Origin: Octopus vulgaris
Lineage: Eukaryota
Length of the DNA stretch: 64,000 nt
Direction: 5' to 3'
Assembly (NCBI GenBank): GCA_951406725.2
Contig: OX597817.1
Span: 37,758,001-37,822,000, forward strand
The stretch's first letter is position 1, and each line of letters begins with the position of its first letter. A program made the position numbers and the translations under genes. This document shows positions 1 to 12,981 of this stretch, in pieces. The notes beneath the pieces are model-generated. The model made no database searches. It saw only the letters and a program-made list of their open reading frames with translations, and was not told the origin of the DNA.

Positions 1-270
1 CTGGAAACCGAACATCCAGACATCTTTTCCTCACATTTATACGTTGGGTATAATTAAGGAAGATTCTAGAACCATTTATTTATACAGAGCCGAGCAACAA
101 CATAGAGGCTTCGCATTAGTTGCGTAAATCAAAGCTGGAACGGCTTTGATCGTAGTTTTGCTCAATCAGGACAGAATTGAGGCTTAACAGTAATCAAAAG
201 GAAACCCCATTCAGCTCTGCTTTGAGTTCATATTGCCGCCACTCGTTCTTCGTCCGTGTGATATTTGCAC

Positions 271-284
271 GTTGCTATGACAGC
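271..284 (+). promoter_or_regulatory. X-box-like (RFX) motif
   Basis: GTTGCTATGACAGC, 11/14 match to GTTGCCATGGCAAC, in a CpG-containing repeat-free region ~110 bp upstream of the ATG. Confidence 0.5.
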
Positions 285-306
285 CAGCGTTTAACCGCAA
301 TCGTTC

Positions 307-320
307 GTTGCCATGACGAT
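307..320 (+). promoter_or_regulatory. Second X-box-like (RFX) motif
   Basis: GTTGCCATGACGAT, 11/14 match with a perfect GTTGCCATG half-site. Confidence 0.5.
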
Positions 321-389
321 ACAACAGCATCGTCGGTGTGTGTTGTTGCATTAAGAAAAAGGAAAAAAGTAATCACCAACTAGATAGAG

Positions 390-577
390 ATGGAGAACAG
401 AGCGCTTATTCCTGTGCCTGATGATTTGACTGTCGGATTGGATTCACTGTCTTTCGAGAAGGCCTTCGGAGAAAACAAGTCAAAATACCTCAACAAATTG
501 CGCTATTCTTGTAAGATAATAAACATAGCTATATGTGTGTACGCCGTATATTTTATTAATGCCTTGGATGCCATCAA
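390..577 (+). CDS. NOXRED1: NOXRED1-like oxidoreductase, coding exon 1
   Basis: ATG at 390; MENRALIPVPDDLTVGLDSLSFEKAF...ICVYAVYFINALDAIK resembles the NOXRED1 N-terminus (DLESLQFE...ACAHATFF, from recall); donor AA|GTAAGT at 578, phase 2. Confidence 0.85.
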
Positions 578-649
578 GTAAGTTGGTAGTAATAATATGA
601 TCGACGGGGGAAAAACATTCTTTTTCTGATTTGATTTCTGTTGTTACAA

Positions 650-965
650 TGGTGTGTGTATGTCTGTGTGTGCGTGTATGTCTGTGTATGTTTGTGTGTG
701 CGTGCGTGTTTATATATGTATACATACACTTAAGTACGTATGTACGCAAGTTTGTAGTATGTACGTACACAAGTTTCTATGTATGTATGTATGTATGTAT
801 ACATGCATGTATGTATACATGCATGTATGTATGTATACATGTATGTATGTATGTATGTATACATGCATGTATGTATGTATACATGCATGTATGTATGTAT
901 ACATGCATGTATGTATGTATGTATACATGCATGCATGTATGTATGTATGTATCAATGTATTACAT
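650..965. repeat. (TG)n/(TATG)n/(TACATGCATG) compound microsatellite
   Basis: Direct reading; explains the many MYVC/HTYI ORFs. Confidence 0.95.
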
Positions 966-1165
966 GTAAATTTATGAGGATATTAAAAGACGTAAGTCGG
1001 TAATAGCATACTGAGGCTTCTTCCGGTAGTGAACCGAAAACGAACGGCTTGAAGGGAATGGAATTCTTGATATGTGTGTAGGGAGTGGGGAATGTGTGTG
1101 TGTGTTAGTATGCATGTATCTGTATATCCATTCATGTAAACTTGCATGTGTATGTGTGTATGAGA

Positions 1166-1400
1166 CTCTTCATTTAACGTCTGTTTTTCCATGCTAGCAT
1201 GGGCTGAGTGGTTCGACTTGAACTGACGAGCAGAGGGCTGTACCAAGTTCTAATGCCTGCTTTTGCCTGATTTCTGCAGCTGGATGCCTTTCCTAACGCC
1301 AACTACTTCACTGAATGTAGTGTGTACGTTTTCCGTGATGCCAGCACTGGTGAGGTCACCAAGTATCCATAACACAAGAAACCCTCTCAACTGAGTGGTT
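1166..1400 (-). mobile_element. RTE 3'-tail fragment
   Basis: Reverse complement of the RTE 3' end (ggcgttaggaaaggcatccagctg...cgttaaatg). Confidence 0.7.
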
Positions 1401-1710
1401 ATAGTGCTGCGGGAAATAAAAGCAGGTGTTTCGCTGATGAGCTGAATACATGCACACACACACACGTGTGTGTATGTATATATATTTCGTTTTTGGATTT
1501 GGTTTGCTTAAACTAACAAAAGGGAACGCAGTGTAAATAACGGACAGAGTCAAAACTATTGAAATAGCAAGACGCAACGAAATTATTAGGACAATAAAAA
1601 TAAGAAAAAAATGTGGAAATTTTACCGGTGAGTGTGTTACATAATAAGGCACAAAGAAAATGACTCTCCCCAGACACAACAGTATATATATCGTTATTTC
1701 TATTCTGTTT

Positions 1711-1765
1711 TAACAAAACTGTCTGACGAAGGGGAACGGGAAACTCTGAGTACCAGCTTTTGTTA
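1711..1765 (+). ncRNA. Degenerate type-I hammerhead-like motif in a (TA)n-flanked ~100-bp element
   Basis: TAACAAAACTG/CAG-c-TTTTGTTA stem I, CTGACGA (1723-1729), GAAA (1740-1743), CTC-t-GAG stem III, GTA site; stem II does not pair. Confidence 0.4.
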
Positions 1766-1788
1766 TATTTCTGCTGTTTTTAAATAAA

Positions 1789-1828
<40 letters not shown>

Positions 1829-2519
1829 CAACAGTTGGTTGCAGTTAATCATATATACAACTGGAATAATAATTTGTCTATACTTCGGTATGTAGATATT
1901 TGTTCCTATACTTTCGTAATATACACGATTCCCTTTGTTTGACCTGACCTGGTGCTTTACCATTTTAGTACCTGATTTTTGAAGTCTTATATGTGTCTGT
2001 GTGTGTGTAAATATGTTTATAGTTAGTAAATTATAAATCCAAAAGAGAAGCACTCTAAGTTTATATATGTGTATGTATGTATGTATGTATGTATGTATGT
2101 ATGTATGTATGTATGTATGTACGTACATACGTATGTATGTATGAACATACGTATGTATGTATGAACATACATATGTATGTATGAATTTTGACCAGTCACC
2201 TATTTGGTAGCAGGTTTATGAAGCAAAGCCTCTTGATTTAACCATTATCCTTTAAATCTTAAGAAGGTCTTGCAGGCTTTTGTAGTCCCAGATATCACGA
2301 CCATTTGTAGCATATGAATGAAGGATTTGCATTCTCTTCTCAAGATCCAAAGTTCAGCCATACTTTGCTCCAGTTGGGTTGGTGTGTATCCTGTTGCTCT
2401 AATAATAATAGGTATGAAGCTGAAAGTATCTTGGGTACTGGATTTGCAAACTCCTTATCAATGATCCATAGATGTTCTCTTTCCTTTATATTTTTCTAAC
2501 CACATTGGTGTTCAAACGT

Positions 2520-3295
2520 CAATTGATTTTCATGACAGAACGTGTGTGTGTGCATGATTAGACTTTCTTCCTGTGTCAAAATGTGGTTGTTGACCAAATT
2601 GCAGTACAACTGATATGATGTTTACGGACTGACAGTTTCAAAAGGAGTGCAGAGAACAACTTGATCTGTGTCAGTGTTTCAGCGAGCTTATCTAGGCCTT
2701 TGATGTTGTACATCATCAGCCAACTCTTTGGGGGTGTTCTTTTCAAGCTGGGATGTCTGAGAAGTTCACAAGTCTCATTCTATTTTATTCATATGAAAGC
2801 ATGGGATTGTATCAGTAGTGACCTACTAGAACCCTTCCCAGTGTTAAAAAGGGTGATATACTGGCTCTTGCATTCTTTGTCATCTTCTTGGCTAATGTTA
2901 CTTTGCAAGCCTTTGCACATAGCAATGCTGATATCTATATCCATTACCATATAACAAGAGAGCTTTTCAATATCCATCATTTTATTGCCGTAACAAAAAC
3001 TTCCATGGCTCTCATTTGTGATATCATTTACACTGATGATTGCAATCTTGTAACCCACACTGAGGATGATTGATGGACTGCTTTTCAGCTGCTTGCAGTG
3101 AGTTAGGACTTACAATCAGTCCTATGAAGACCATGGTCATGCTACAACCAGCTCCAAGCATGCCATATATATATATATCACCGTGATCACTGTGATCGAC
3201 CAGGCTATCAGATGCTGTTACACATCGCTGGTCACAATGCGCTTCACATTGTTTTAGCCTTCAAATGATGCCACCCTGCTGGCTAAGCGAGCAGG

Positions 3296-3355
<60 letters not shown>

Positions 3356-3870
3356 ATGTCAGGAGTATAAAGTTAAAAGCCATTACAAGTCATGAAGACA
3401 TTTGTCTACATTGGTAACATACTATCTAGATTTAATACACTTGACAAGGAGGTCAATTATAGTCTTTCTAAGGCCTGTAATGTATTTGGAAAGCTTGAAT
3501 CAAGGTTCTGGTCCCAATCAGACATCAAAGCCGCAATGAAATTTGAAATCTTTCAGGCCTCTGTCTAAACAGCACTGTTGTATGGATGTGAGAACTGGAC
3601 AACCTTCCTATGATGCCTGTGTAATATCTCATGTACCTGATACAAGTATATACTGCAACTGGCAAAAATGATAAGTATCAAGTCCATGATTATGAAACAA
3701 AAACTTAGTCAGTCTGGTCATTTAGAGAACATCTGCATGCCAAAACAGGTGTTGTATGGTGAGGTGGAGCAAGGAAAATGTTTCCATTGCAAAACAAGTG
3801 AGTGTTTTAAAGACTATCTTAAAGACATACTTAAAAAGATCAATATTGATGAGATGTCATCAGCGACAAG
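2520..3870 (+). mobile_element. Old, degenerate RTE (BovB-like) LINE RT remnant
   Basis: Broken frames recall [48 protein letters not shown] motifs; interrupted by a TA-flanked insert at 3165-3352. Confidence 0.65.
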
Positions 3871-3956
3871 GAGACCAAACATGAGATGTTTCTTAGAGCG
3901 AAATGAGTCTAAAAAGTTCTCTTACTCGGTCATGTGTAAGTATGTATATATATATA

Positions 3957-4207
3957 TCATCATCATCATCGTTTAATGTCCACTTTCCATGCTAGCATGG
4001 GTTGGACGATTTGACTGAGGTCTGGCCAACCAGATGGCTGCACCAGACTCCAATCTGATCTGGCAGAGTTTCTACAGCTGGATGCCCTTCCTAACGCCAA
4101 CCACTCCGAGAGTGTAGTGGGTGCTTTTACGTGCCACCGGCACAAGCACCAGTCAGGCAGTAATGGCAATGGCCATGCTCAAATGGTGCTTTTTATGTGC
4201 CACCTGC
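3957..4207 (-). mobile_element. RTE 3'-tail element with (GAT)n tail
   Basis: Near-identical to the reverse complement of 13035-13229. Confidence 0.85.
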
Positions 4208-4904
4208 AGAGGGCAATCCCATGGTCTTTTTCCCTGGAGTGAGCTCGCTGAATAAGATTTGGTGTGGGAACCTTGACTCTGCAATTCTTGCTACATGTCC
4301 TGACCTTTCATGATCAGTGATTCAATGCTTGACTGTTGGCTCTTTCCAGGTCTTTGCTATTAGTCAAATAGTATTCCCATCTGATGTCCAAGATTAAACT
4401 GCAACTTGGTCAACATTGTGATTCAGAAAACATGTTTGGTTTAACACAGAGAGAGAGACAGACAGACAGAGACAGAGAGAACAGAATGTCTTTAAATCAC
4501 ATAGTTAAGACACAACTTTGTTCAATGCTAATCTAGTGTTTATTAATGATTTTCAATATTTCCTTTCATAAGTAATAATAAATCTCTGAGCAAGGTATAC
4601 ACAGTAGCTGCACGATATAGGAAGGATGACTTCCCATTGTAAATACTGATTGAGCACAGAAAGTGTGTCAATAGCCAGCTGGAGGAGGTATCCTCCTGGG
4701 GCTTCAAGCTACAGTAGCATCCACCCTTAAGAGTTAGCCACATTTAAGTGGCAAATATACTTCACTCTTTCATAAGTATTTTTGGAATAATAACGTTTTT
4801 AATTTCATTGAAGTTTCCGAGCCTTCTTGACCTCTGTGCAGCACCTTGGGCAAGTGTCTTTTACAATAGCTACAGTATCACCAATGCTTTGTGGGTGAAT
4901 TTAA

Positions 4905-5162
4905 TAATAATAAATGCGCCCTTTTAAAGCCTAGCCAGGCTCACGGGCCCGGTTTCTCAGTTTCTATGGCATAAGTGTTCCCCAGCTGGACAGGACGCCA
5001 GTCCATCGCAGCGTTACTCATTTTTGCCAGCTGAGTGGACTGGAGCAATGTGAAATGAAGTGTTTTGCTCAAGAACACAACACGTCGTCCGGTCCAGGAA
5101 TTGAAACTACAATCTTACGATCATGATGCTGACACCCTAACCACTAAGCCATGCGCTTCCAC
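4905..5162 (-). mobile_element. tRNA-derived SINE (family D), nested in a family B SINE
   Basis: Minus strand starts GCGCATGGCTTAGTGGTTAGG (A box) with a B-box-like GTTTCAATTCC; closely similar to 21400-21651; family B halves at ~4838-4902 and ~5163-5426. Confidence 0.8.
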
Positions 5163-6158
5163 TGTGAGTGAATTTGATTGATGAAAAACTTTGGGGAAGC
5201 CCAGTGTGTGTGTGTGTGTGCGTGCATGCGTATGTTTGTGTCTATGTTTGACAACCCCGCTACAGCTTGACAACTGGTGTTAGTTTGTTTACCTCCCCAT
5301 AACTCAGTGGTTCAGCTAAAGAATTCAATAGAATAAGTAGCAGATTTTTAAAAAAATGTAAGTGCCCTTCAAGGTGGTGCCCCAGCATTGCCACAGTCTA
5401 ATGACTGAAACAAGTAAGAGATAAAAGTTATACGAAGAATACTTATGGTTAATTTATAGAAACTTTGAGACTGCTGCATTGCAGTATTTAGTCAATCTCT
5501 GTGTTTCGATACCACCAGCATCAACTTTGTCTTTTTGTTCTATTGTGGGTTTGATGAAACCAACTCCTCACACTGAACAATCATTAAACAATTTCTATTT
5601 GTTTTTTTTTTTGTTTGTTTGTTTTTTTGTTTTTTTTGCTGCACGAAAGACAGAAACGGTTCCACTTATTTACCAATATCCTTCTCACTCTCTTAGTCCA
5701 TATTAGAAATCAATTTTATAGAAGCTTTGCAAATTTTGTAGTTAAATGAATTAAAGACTTGAAGGAGAAACCGAATCAATTTGATTTTCCTTTAAGAAGA
5801 TAAAGATGGATAGATGGATTGATTATGTATGTGTGTGTGTGTGTGTATAAATGCATACACACACACATGCACATGCACATGTATGTGTGTATGTATATGT
5901 ATGTATTTTATTGTATTAGTACATATGTTTGTATTATAATTACATATAAATTATTTATATGTAATTAAGATAAGCATATTATGATTATTAACTTTTCTAG
6001 AAACTATAATCACCTTTAATATTTTATAAGCAGTGTCTACTTAATGTCTAGTCTAGTAAATCTCTCCCACTCTTACACTCCATCATGGCAAATATGGCCA
6101 GTTACCTTTACTCCAACCAACCAACCAACCAACCAACCTATTAGAAACTACTCTTGGG

Positions 6159-6395
6159 AGGTGGCGAGCTGGCAGAAACATTAGCACGCAGGACGAAATG
6201 CTTACCAGTATTTCGTCTGCCGTTACGTTCTGAGTTCAAATTCTGCTGAGGTCAACTTTGCCTTTCATCCTTTCGAGGTCGATAAATTAAGTACCAGTTA
6301 CGCACTTGGTTTGATGTAATCGACTTAATCCCTTTGTCTGTCCTTGTTTGTCCCCTCTACATTTAGCCCCTTGTGGGCAATAAAGAAATAAGAAA
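6159..6395 (+). mobile_element. tRNA-derived SINE (family A)
   Basis: GGTGGCGAGCTGGCAGAAAC...GAGTTCAAATTC (B box)...CTTTGCCTTTCATCCTTTCGAGGTCGATAAATTAAGTACCAG central domain; many copies in the window. Confidence 0.85.
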
Positions 6396-7089
6396 CTACT
6401 CTTGGAATTTATACACCCATACAATTCTTGAATTTATACTCTCTAAACAATCCACCTGCCTACTCTAAGCTACCCTCAAACCACCCTGCTAAATAAAGCC
6501 ACCAGTATACTGTAAGTTCCCTCTCCCTCCTACCCCTATCCTGTGAGTACCTCTCCTTAAATGTAATATGGAAAGACATGAGCCATATTGCGGGTAACCT
6601 ACCTGGGAGAGCAGTACCTCTGAAAATTTTGCATGAGGGAGACATGGAAACTGTAAGCTGCAATGAAGACAACCTGGATAAAAGAGCAATAATTCTCAAT
6701 AGAAACTGATACAATCTATAGTGGATACTTTAGTCCTGACAGATAATCTTTCTAATGCTGGTGGCAAGATTAAAAAAATAAATACAACATATGATTTAAA
6801 GTGGTTGGTGCTAGGAAGAGTAGATAACCAATAAAAGTCAATATCCTGACAATCACAAATATAATGAAAAACCCTATGTTTATGTACATAAGACTGATAT
6901 CTACTATGTTAGTCCTGTGTATGGTAGTGTAGTGGTCAGGTCGAAACAATTGGCTGTGTGTGAAAACCTCTTGGCTGTCAGATGAGCATATAAATACACT
7001 TTTATTCAGAGACAGAAAACAAACATTAAACAACAACCTTCCTACCAAGAGAACTTTCTATTTTCTTCTTGTTGGTGCAAAACTTCGGG

Positions 7090-7520
7090 GTTATCCTCTT
7101 CAGGTCTAGAAAGATTTTGGAGATACTGGAGCTGATATGAATAGATATGTGCAAAAGATAAGATGGAGGGGAGCCTCAGTCAGAATTCAGGGACAAATTT
7201 TGGGTGGGTAACAGCGCAAGGGTGGGTGCATTAGTTTATTGTTATCAGTGAAATAAATAAGGTAATTGACATAGCTAGAGTGTGCAACAGAATCATTAAG
7301 CTTAAACTAGTCATAGGCAGCACGACAGTATCATTTCTTTATTTATAAGCACCACACTTAGGACTGACATGAGTAAAAGGAGCATTACTACGAAACTCCT
7401 TTACAGATCAGCTCAAGAACAAATGGTGCTGACATTATTAACATGGCTGGTTACTTTAATAAACATGTTGGCAACACCATGATTACTACTCTGACATATG
7501 TGGAGGATATCAATAAAGAG
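7090..7520 (+). mobile_element. Degenerate RTE endonuclease remnant
   Basis: Residual similarity to 9900-10320 (RVCNRIIKLKL, AGYFNKHVG). Confidence 0.5.
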
Positions 7521-7545
7521 CTATAGATACACAAAATATAGCTTT

Positions 7546-7939
7546 TGGCTCTGTGGTAAGTAGCTTGCTTACCAACCACATGGTTCCAGGTTCAGTCCCA
7601 CTGCATGGCACCTTGGGCAAGTGTCTTCTACTATAGCCTCAGGCCGACCAAAGCCTTGTTAGTGAATTTGGTAGACAGAAACTGAAAGAAGCCCGTCGTA
7701 TATATGTACATATATATTGTGTGTATATGAATGTGTGTCTGTGTTTGTCCCCCCAACATCGCTTGACAACCGATGCTGGTGTGTTTATGTCCCCGTAACT
7801 TAGAGGTTCAGCAAAAGAGACCAATAGAATAAGTACTAGGCTTACAAAGAATAAGTCCTAGGGTCGATTTGCTCAATTAAAGGCGGTGCTCCAGCATGGC
7901 CGCAATCAAATGACTGAAACAAATAAAAGAGTAAAAGAG
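7546..7939 (+). mobile_element. tRNA-derived SINE (family B, internal TA/TG microsatellite)
   Basis: GGCTCTGTGGTAAG...GGTTCAGTCCC head, GGCACCTTGGGCAAGTG core, internal microsatellite, (TAAAAGAG)n tail. Confidence 0.85.
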
Positions 7940-8576
7940 ATACTTTGTGTGTGTGTGTGTGTGTGTATCTGTAGCCATTTTCTTATCAAGGTTTCATGTT
8001 AGTTTTTAAAAATTTAGATCTAGTAATCAATCTCCAGTGTATGTCGTAGTTGTTGAAGCAAAAGTTCTCTCAATTACCATCCAGTCTCATGATTTCCATC
8101 AAAACACACATATTCCTACCTGTGTATGACAATATTCACTAAATGTAGAGTGTCATGCCATCAGGTTACATAACCAAATAACCAAACCACTTCGTTTATG
8201 CCTTTTGAAAATTTACAGAATGATTTCTTGAACTGCAGCTTTCCCAATAATTTCTTTCTTAATATTCATTAGTTTCATTCTCTGCATATGGCAGGCAAAG
8301 CATCTTTCTACATTTGATTTCAAAAGCCATGAATAATTTTCCTCATTTTCAGTATTTGATATCCTTGATTTGCGCCCTTAAACTGCAGTTTGAATTACTA
8401 TTATTTTTAGAATATAATCTTTGTTGCTATTCTAATCTTTTTTCTTTTTCCCAATCAGGCTCTAAATTAGCTAAAGCAGATGTTACTACTGAAATCAAAC
8501 GATTTTACATCCTTCTGTGATCTCACATTTTCTGTTGTTTTTCTTCCCAAATATATTTAACTTCACTGACTATTTT

Positions 8577-8628
<52 letters not shown>

Positions 8629-9862
8629 ACACACACACTTTTGCATACTTATCTTTATGTGTGTGTATTTTGCTTCATTTAAAGTATTAAGAGATTTATA
8701 AGTTTTTTTCTTCGAGATGTTCAAATACAAGTGAAGCTATAAATGATAGCTTATAACATATCAGGTAAAAATACCCTTTAGGCATTTTCTTTCTAAGGAG
8801 TATTTATGTATATTTAAGCATATATCTTTTTATACTCACATATACACACATATATGGACTCTTAGATGACTTACACACTTATAGATATGTGTGTGTGTGT
8901 GTGTGTGTGTATGTATCTGCCTCTCTTTCTCTCTACAAATATATATATATATATGCCCGCAGCAAGTTCTTAAAAATTTATCTTACTATTTTTATTCGTT
9001 GTTACTACGTTTATTCATACATTGTTACGAAAATTTAACCTTTTAGGCTACTTTCAAGCCTTCGCCATAACTTGATTTATCTTTCCTATCTCTCTCTCTA
9101 CAAAATTTAACCTTAGGCTACCTCAAGCCGTAATCCCATCTTTTCCCATCTTTCCGCCATTGGCGGTGCGCCCGCCCCCCCACCCCCACCACCAATACCG
9201 ATGAACACTGTTCTCACCCCACCACCAATACCGGTGAACACTGTTCTCACCCCCCACCACCAATACCAGTATACCCTGTTCTCACCATCTACACCGGATA
9301 CGCCTTACTCATCTACACCGGGTACGCCCTACTCCCTCCTCCTCCCCCCACTACCCCTTCTCCTCATATGCTTTCACTGTGAAAAGACAAGCTGCTAGCG
9401 CCATAGCTCATCAACTGCCCACCGATCTTACGCTTCCTCCTGACACTGCCTCATTCCGACCATCCCCTTTTAGTACCCTCCCGCCTCGTAATATCCTACG
9501 TTTTTATTTCTTAGGAACCTACACCAACCCTTCCTGCCATCGTTCCTCCTTACCCCAACCTTCCCCACTGGTTGCTCCCCTATATTACCCGCCTCAACTG
9601 GACCCCCCCTCCCCAACTCAACTCTAGAATATCTGTATTTCTTTCCTCTATCTAATTACGTTACTCAGTGACGATAACGAATGTCCACTGCTAACACCAG
9701 CTCCTGCCCACGGCGTGGTCAGGTTGGAAGAGAGATCAAAAGAAAAATACCACGAAAACTATCACCACCACTACAACCCTCCTCTTCTCAGGCGCCGAAT
9801 CCCCCCGTCCCCCCCACATCTCCTTCCCAGTTTTCAGAGTTGGCACTATCAATGTTGGTACA

Positions 9863-11890
9863 TTGACAGGCAAGTCTAGTGAGATTGTAGAGATGCTAGA
9901 GAGAAGACAGGTTGATGTATGCTGCATACAAGAGGTAAGATGGAGAGATGCTTCGGCTAGGGTCCTCACGGGCAAGGCACTTAGATACAAACTCTACTGG
10001 CAAGGTAACGCGGAAGGTGTAGGGGGTGTAGGCATTCTCCTTGCGGAGGAATGGGTGGATAAGGTCATAGAGGTTGTCAGGGTTTGTGATAGAGTGCTTA
10101 AGCTCAGGTTGGTCCTACAGAGTGGCACAGCTATGATTATCTCAGCCTATGCCCCACAAGCGGGACTACCAAATGATCAGAAGGACAACTTTTATGATAC
10201 CCTTCTGCAGGCTACTTCAAAGACTAGTAACAAGGACCTCATCTTTGTAGGTGGAGATTTTAATGGGCATGTTGGGCGGGAATCGGGTATCTTCACTGGG
10301 GTACATGGTGGCTATGGTATTGGCACCAGAAATGATGAGGGAACTAGACTGCTGGAATTCTGTGATGCATGTAACCTTTCAATCTGCAACACTAACTTCA
10401 AGAAGCCAGTCTGCCACCTTATAACTTATCAGTCAGGAGACTCCGCTAGCCAAATAGACTTCATCCTCACCAGACAACGGGATGCAGGGTTGCTCTTGAA
10501 TACAAAGACCCTCCCGGGTGAAGAATGTATCCCTCAGCATAGACTAATCATCAGTGACTTTAAGCTTGAGGCCAGAAGGACTCCAAGAAACAAACCAATC
10601 CAGAAAAGAAGGATTTGGAGGCTAAAGAACCCTTCGCATGGTCAGAAATTTAGGGACATACTCATCAAGAAATTTGATGAGAGGGAAGAGGAGCTTCAGA
10701 CGTCAGACATAGAAGGTAGCTGGGAATTCCTACGGGACAGCTTGTTGAGTGCCACAGACCAAGTTTGTGGATGGTGCAAAGTCCCTTCCAGACCTAGAAT
10801 TACGTGGTGGTGGAATAGTGCAGTAGATAAAGCCATCTGTGAAAAGAGACGGGCCTGGAAAGCCTGGAAGGATGGGGGCAGCAGGGAACTGTACCAAATA
10901 GCCAAAAGGGAGGCTGGGCGGCAGGTATACATTGCCAAAGATGTAGCAGAAAAGAAGAAGTTTGCCAATGTCCAGCGTCGCGAGGATCAAAGAGCTGAAG
11001 TATTTCGGATTGCCAGACAGTGTGTCAGAGAAAATAGCGATGTTATAGGAGAGAAATGTGTCCGCATGGATGATGGGGCACTTGCTTTTACTACTAGTGA
11101 AAAGAAAGAGGCTTGGAGAAGCCATTATGAAAGACTGCTGAATGAGGAGAATGAATGGGAGGAGGAGAGCCTGCCAAATGTTGACCCAGTAGAGGGACCA
11201 GCTACCCGAATAGACAGCTCCCTTGTAGATAAGGCAATTAAGGATATGAAACCAGGCAAAGCCCCTGGCCTATCAGGAATCACTGCTGAGATGCTTAAAA
11301 CAGCTGGCTATGTGGGCCATGCCATAGTCACCCGCATTGTAAACCAGGTAGTTCACAATGGAGCCATACCCAATGACTGGTGCAGCAGTACCATAGTCAA
11401 CTGCTACAAGGGTAAGGGTGATGCTCTAGATAGAAATAACTACAGAGGTATCAAACTGTTGGACCAGGTGATGAAGGTCTCAGAGAAGGTCATAACCAAT
11501 CTCTTTAGGGAGAGAATTTGTTTAGATGAAATGCAGTTCGGTTTTGTACCAGGTAGAAGCACCACTGATGCTATATTCCTGGTCCGACAACTGCAGGAGA
11601 AGTACCTAGCTAAAGATAAACCCCTCTACATAGCTTTTGTAGACTTGGAGAAAGCCTTTGACAGGGTTCCCCGTTCCCTTATCTGGTGGTCGATGCGGAA
11701 ACTGGAGATTGAAGAATGGCTAATAAGGGCTGTACAGGCTCTATACAGAGAGGCTGTCAGCAAGGTTAGGATTGGCAACGAATATAGTGAAGAATTCCGA
11801 GTAGAAGTAGGTGTGCACCAGGGCTCAGCCCTCAGTCCCCTTTTATTCATCATAGTCCTTCAGGCAATAACAGAGGAATTCAAAATGGGA
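9863..11890 (+). CDS. RTE ORF, APE endonuclease and N-terminal RT (frameshifted)
   Basis: GTINVGTL, CIQEVRW, SAYAPQ, GGDFNGHVG, QIDFIL, KAPG, NYRGIKLL, QFGF, FVDLEKAFD, GVHQGSALSP. Confidence 0.9.
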
Positions 11891-12981
11891 TGCCCTGGGA
11901 GCTCCTCTATGCCGATGACCTAGCTCTCATAGCAGAATCACTACCGGAACTAGAAGAGAAATTTCGGGTGTGGAAGCAAGGGTTGGAATCAAAGGGCCTT
12001 AGAATAAATGTAGCAAAGACCAAAGTATTAGTAAGCAGCAAGAGGTACTCAGCACACATCCCCTCGGGTAGGTGGCCCTGCTCAACCTGTAGGAAAGGTA
12101 CAGGTAGAAACTCCATAAGATGCACCCAATGTAAGTTATGGACACATAAGAGGTGCAGCAACATTAAAGGGAAATTAACAGATAAGATAGCTTTCATGTG
12201 CGGCAGATGCACAGGGACAATAGACACAACAGACACTCAGAAAACAGATTCCATCACACTCCAGGGAGAGAAACTAGAAGTAGTTGATAGTTTCCGCTAC
12301 CTGGGAGACCAAGTTAGTAGCGGAGGTGGATGCACAGAGAGTATCACCACTAGAATACGAATAGCCTGGGCAAAGTTCAGAAAGCTCCTACCCCTACTGG
12401 CAACAAAAGGTCTCTCCCTCAGAGCAAAAGGTAGATTGTATGATGCATGTGTGCGAACTGCCATGCTTCACGGTAATGAAACATGGGCTGTGACTGCAGA
12501 AGACATGCGTAGACTTGAAAGAAATGAAGCTAGCATGATCCGCTGGATGTGTAGTGTCAGTGTGCACGCAAAACAGAGTGTAAGTATCCTGAGAGAAATG
12601 CTGGATATAAGAAGCATCAGATGTGGTGTGCAAGAGCGACGCTTGCGATGGTATGGTCATGTGCTGCGGATGGATGAAGAGAGATGTGTGAAGAAGTGCC
12701 ACTCCCAAACAGTTGAAGGTATCAGGGGGAGAGGTAGACCCAGGAAGACATGGGATGAGGTGGTCAAGCATGACCTCAGAGCATTGGGCCTCACTGAGGC
12801 AATGGCGAAGGACCGAGATCTCTGGAGATATGCTGTGACTACAAAGACCCGGGCTGCTTTCTGCAGCAATTCCACATACCCCCTACCCATTCTAAGTACC
12901 CCGGATCCCCAAAGTACCCTGGATCCCCAAAGTACCCCGATCCCCAAAGTACCCCGGACCTCGTTGCCCCCGTGCCGCTGA
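11890..12981 (+). CDS. RTE ORF continuation: RT YADD, PHD-like finger, thumb
   Basis: PWELLYADDL; CSTC..CTQC..H..C..CGRC; FRYLG; RLRWYGHV; RGRGRPRKTW. One-base deletion at ~11892 (TGCCCTGG vs TGCCCCTGG in the second copy). Confidence 0.9.
   Translation: MPWELLYADDLALIAESLPELEEKFRVWKQGLESKGLRINVAKTKVLVSSKRYSAHIPSGRWPCSTCRKGTGRNSIRCTQCKLWTHKRCSNIKGKLTDKIAFMCGRCTGTIDTTDTQKTDSITLQGEKLEVVDSFRYLGDQVSSGGGCTESITTRIRIAWAKFRKLLPLLATKGLSLRAKGRLYDACVRTAMLHGNETWAVTAEDMRRLERNEASMIRWMCSVSVHAKQSVSILREMLDIRSIRCGVQERRLRWYGHVLRMDEERCVKKCHSQTVEGIRGRGRPRKTWDEVVKHDLRALGLTEAMAKDRDLWRYAVTTKTRAAFCSNSTYPLPILSTPDPQSTLDPQSTPIPKVPRTSLPPCR

Noticed and set aside
1-260. Possible divergent gene sharing the promoter
   Set aside because: Only a 7-codon open minus-strand start at the window edge; no evidence
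631-1003. Overlapping MYVC/HTYI/IYIY ORFs here and at 23.2-23.7, 26.2-26.8, 54.6-55.0, 58.4-58.9 and 60.4-60.8 kb
   Set aside because: Translations of stop-free microsatellites
1430-1450. CTGATGA match (also at ~35270)
   Set aside because: No downstream GAAA or stems; chance or microsatellite match
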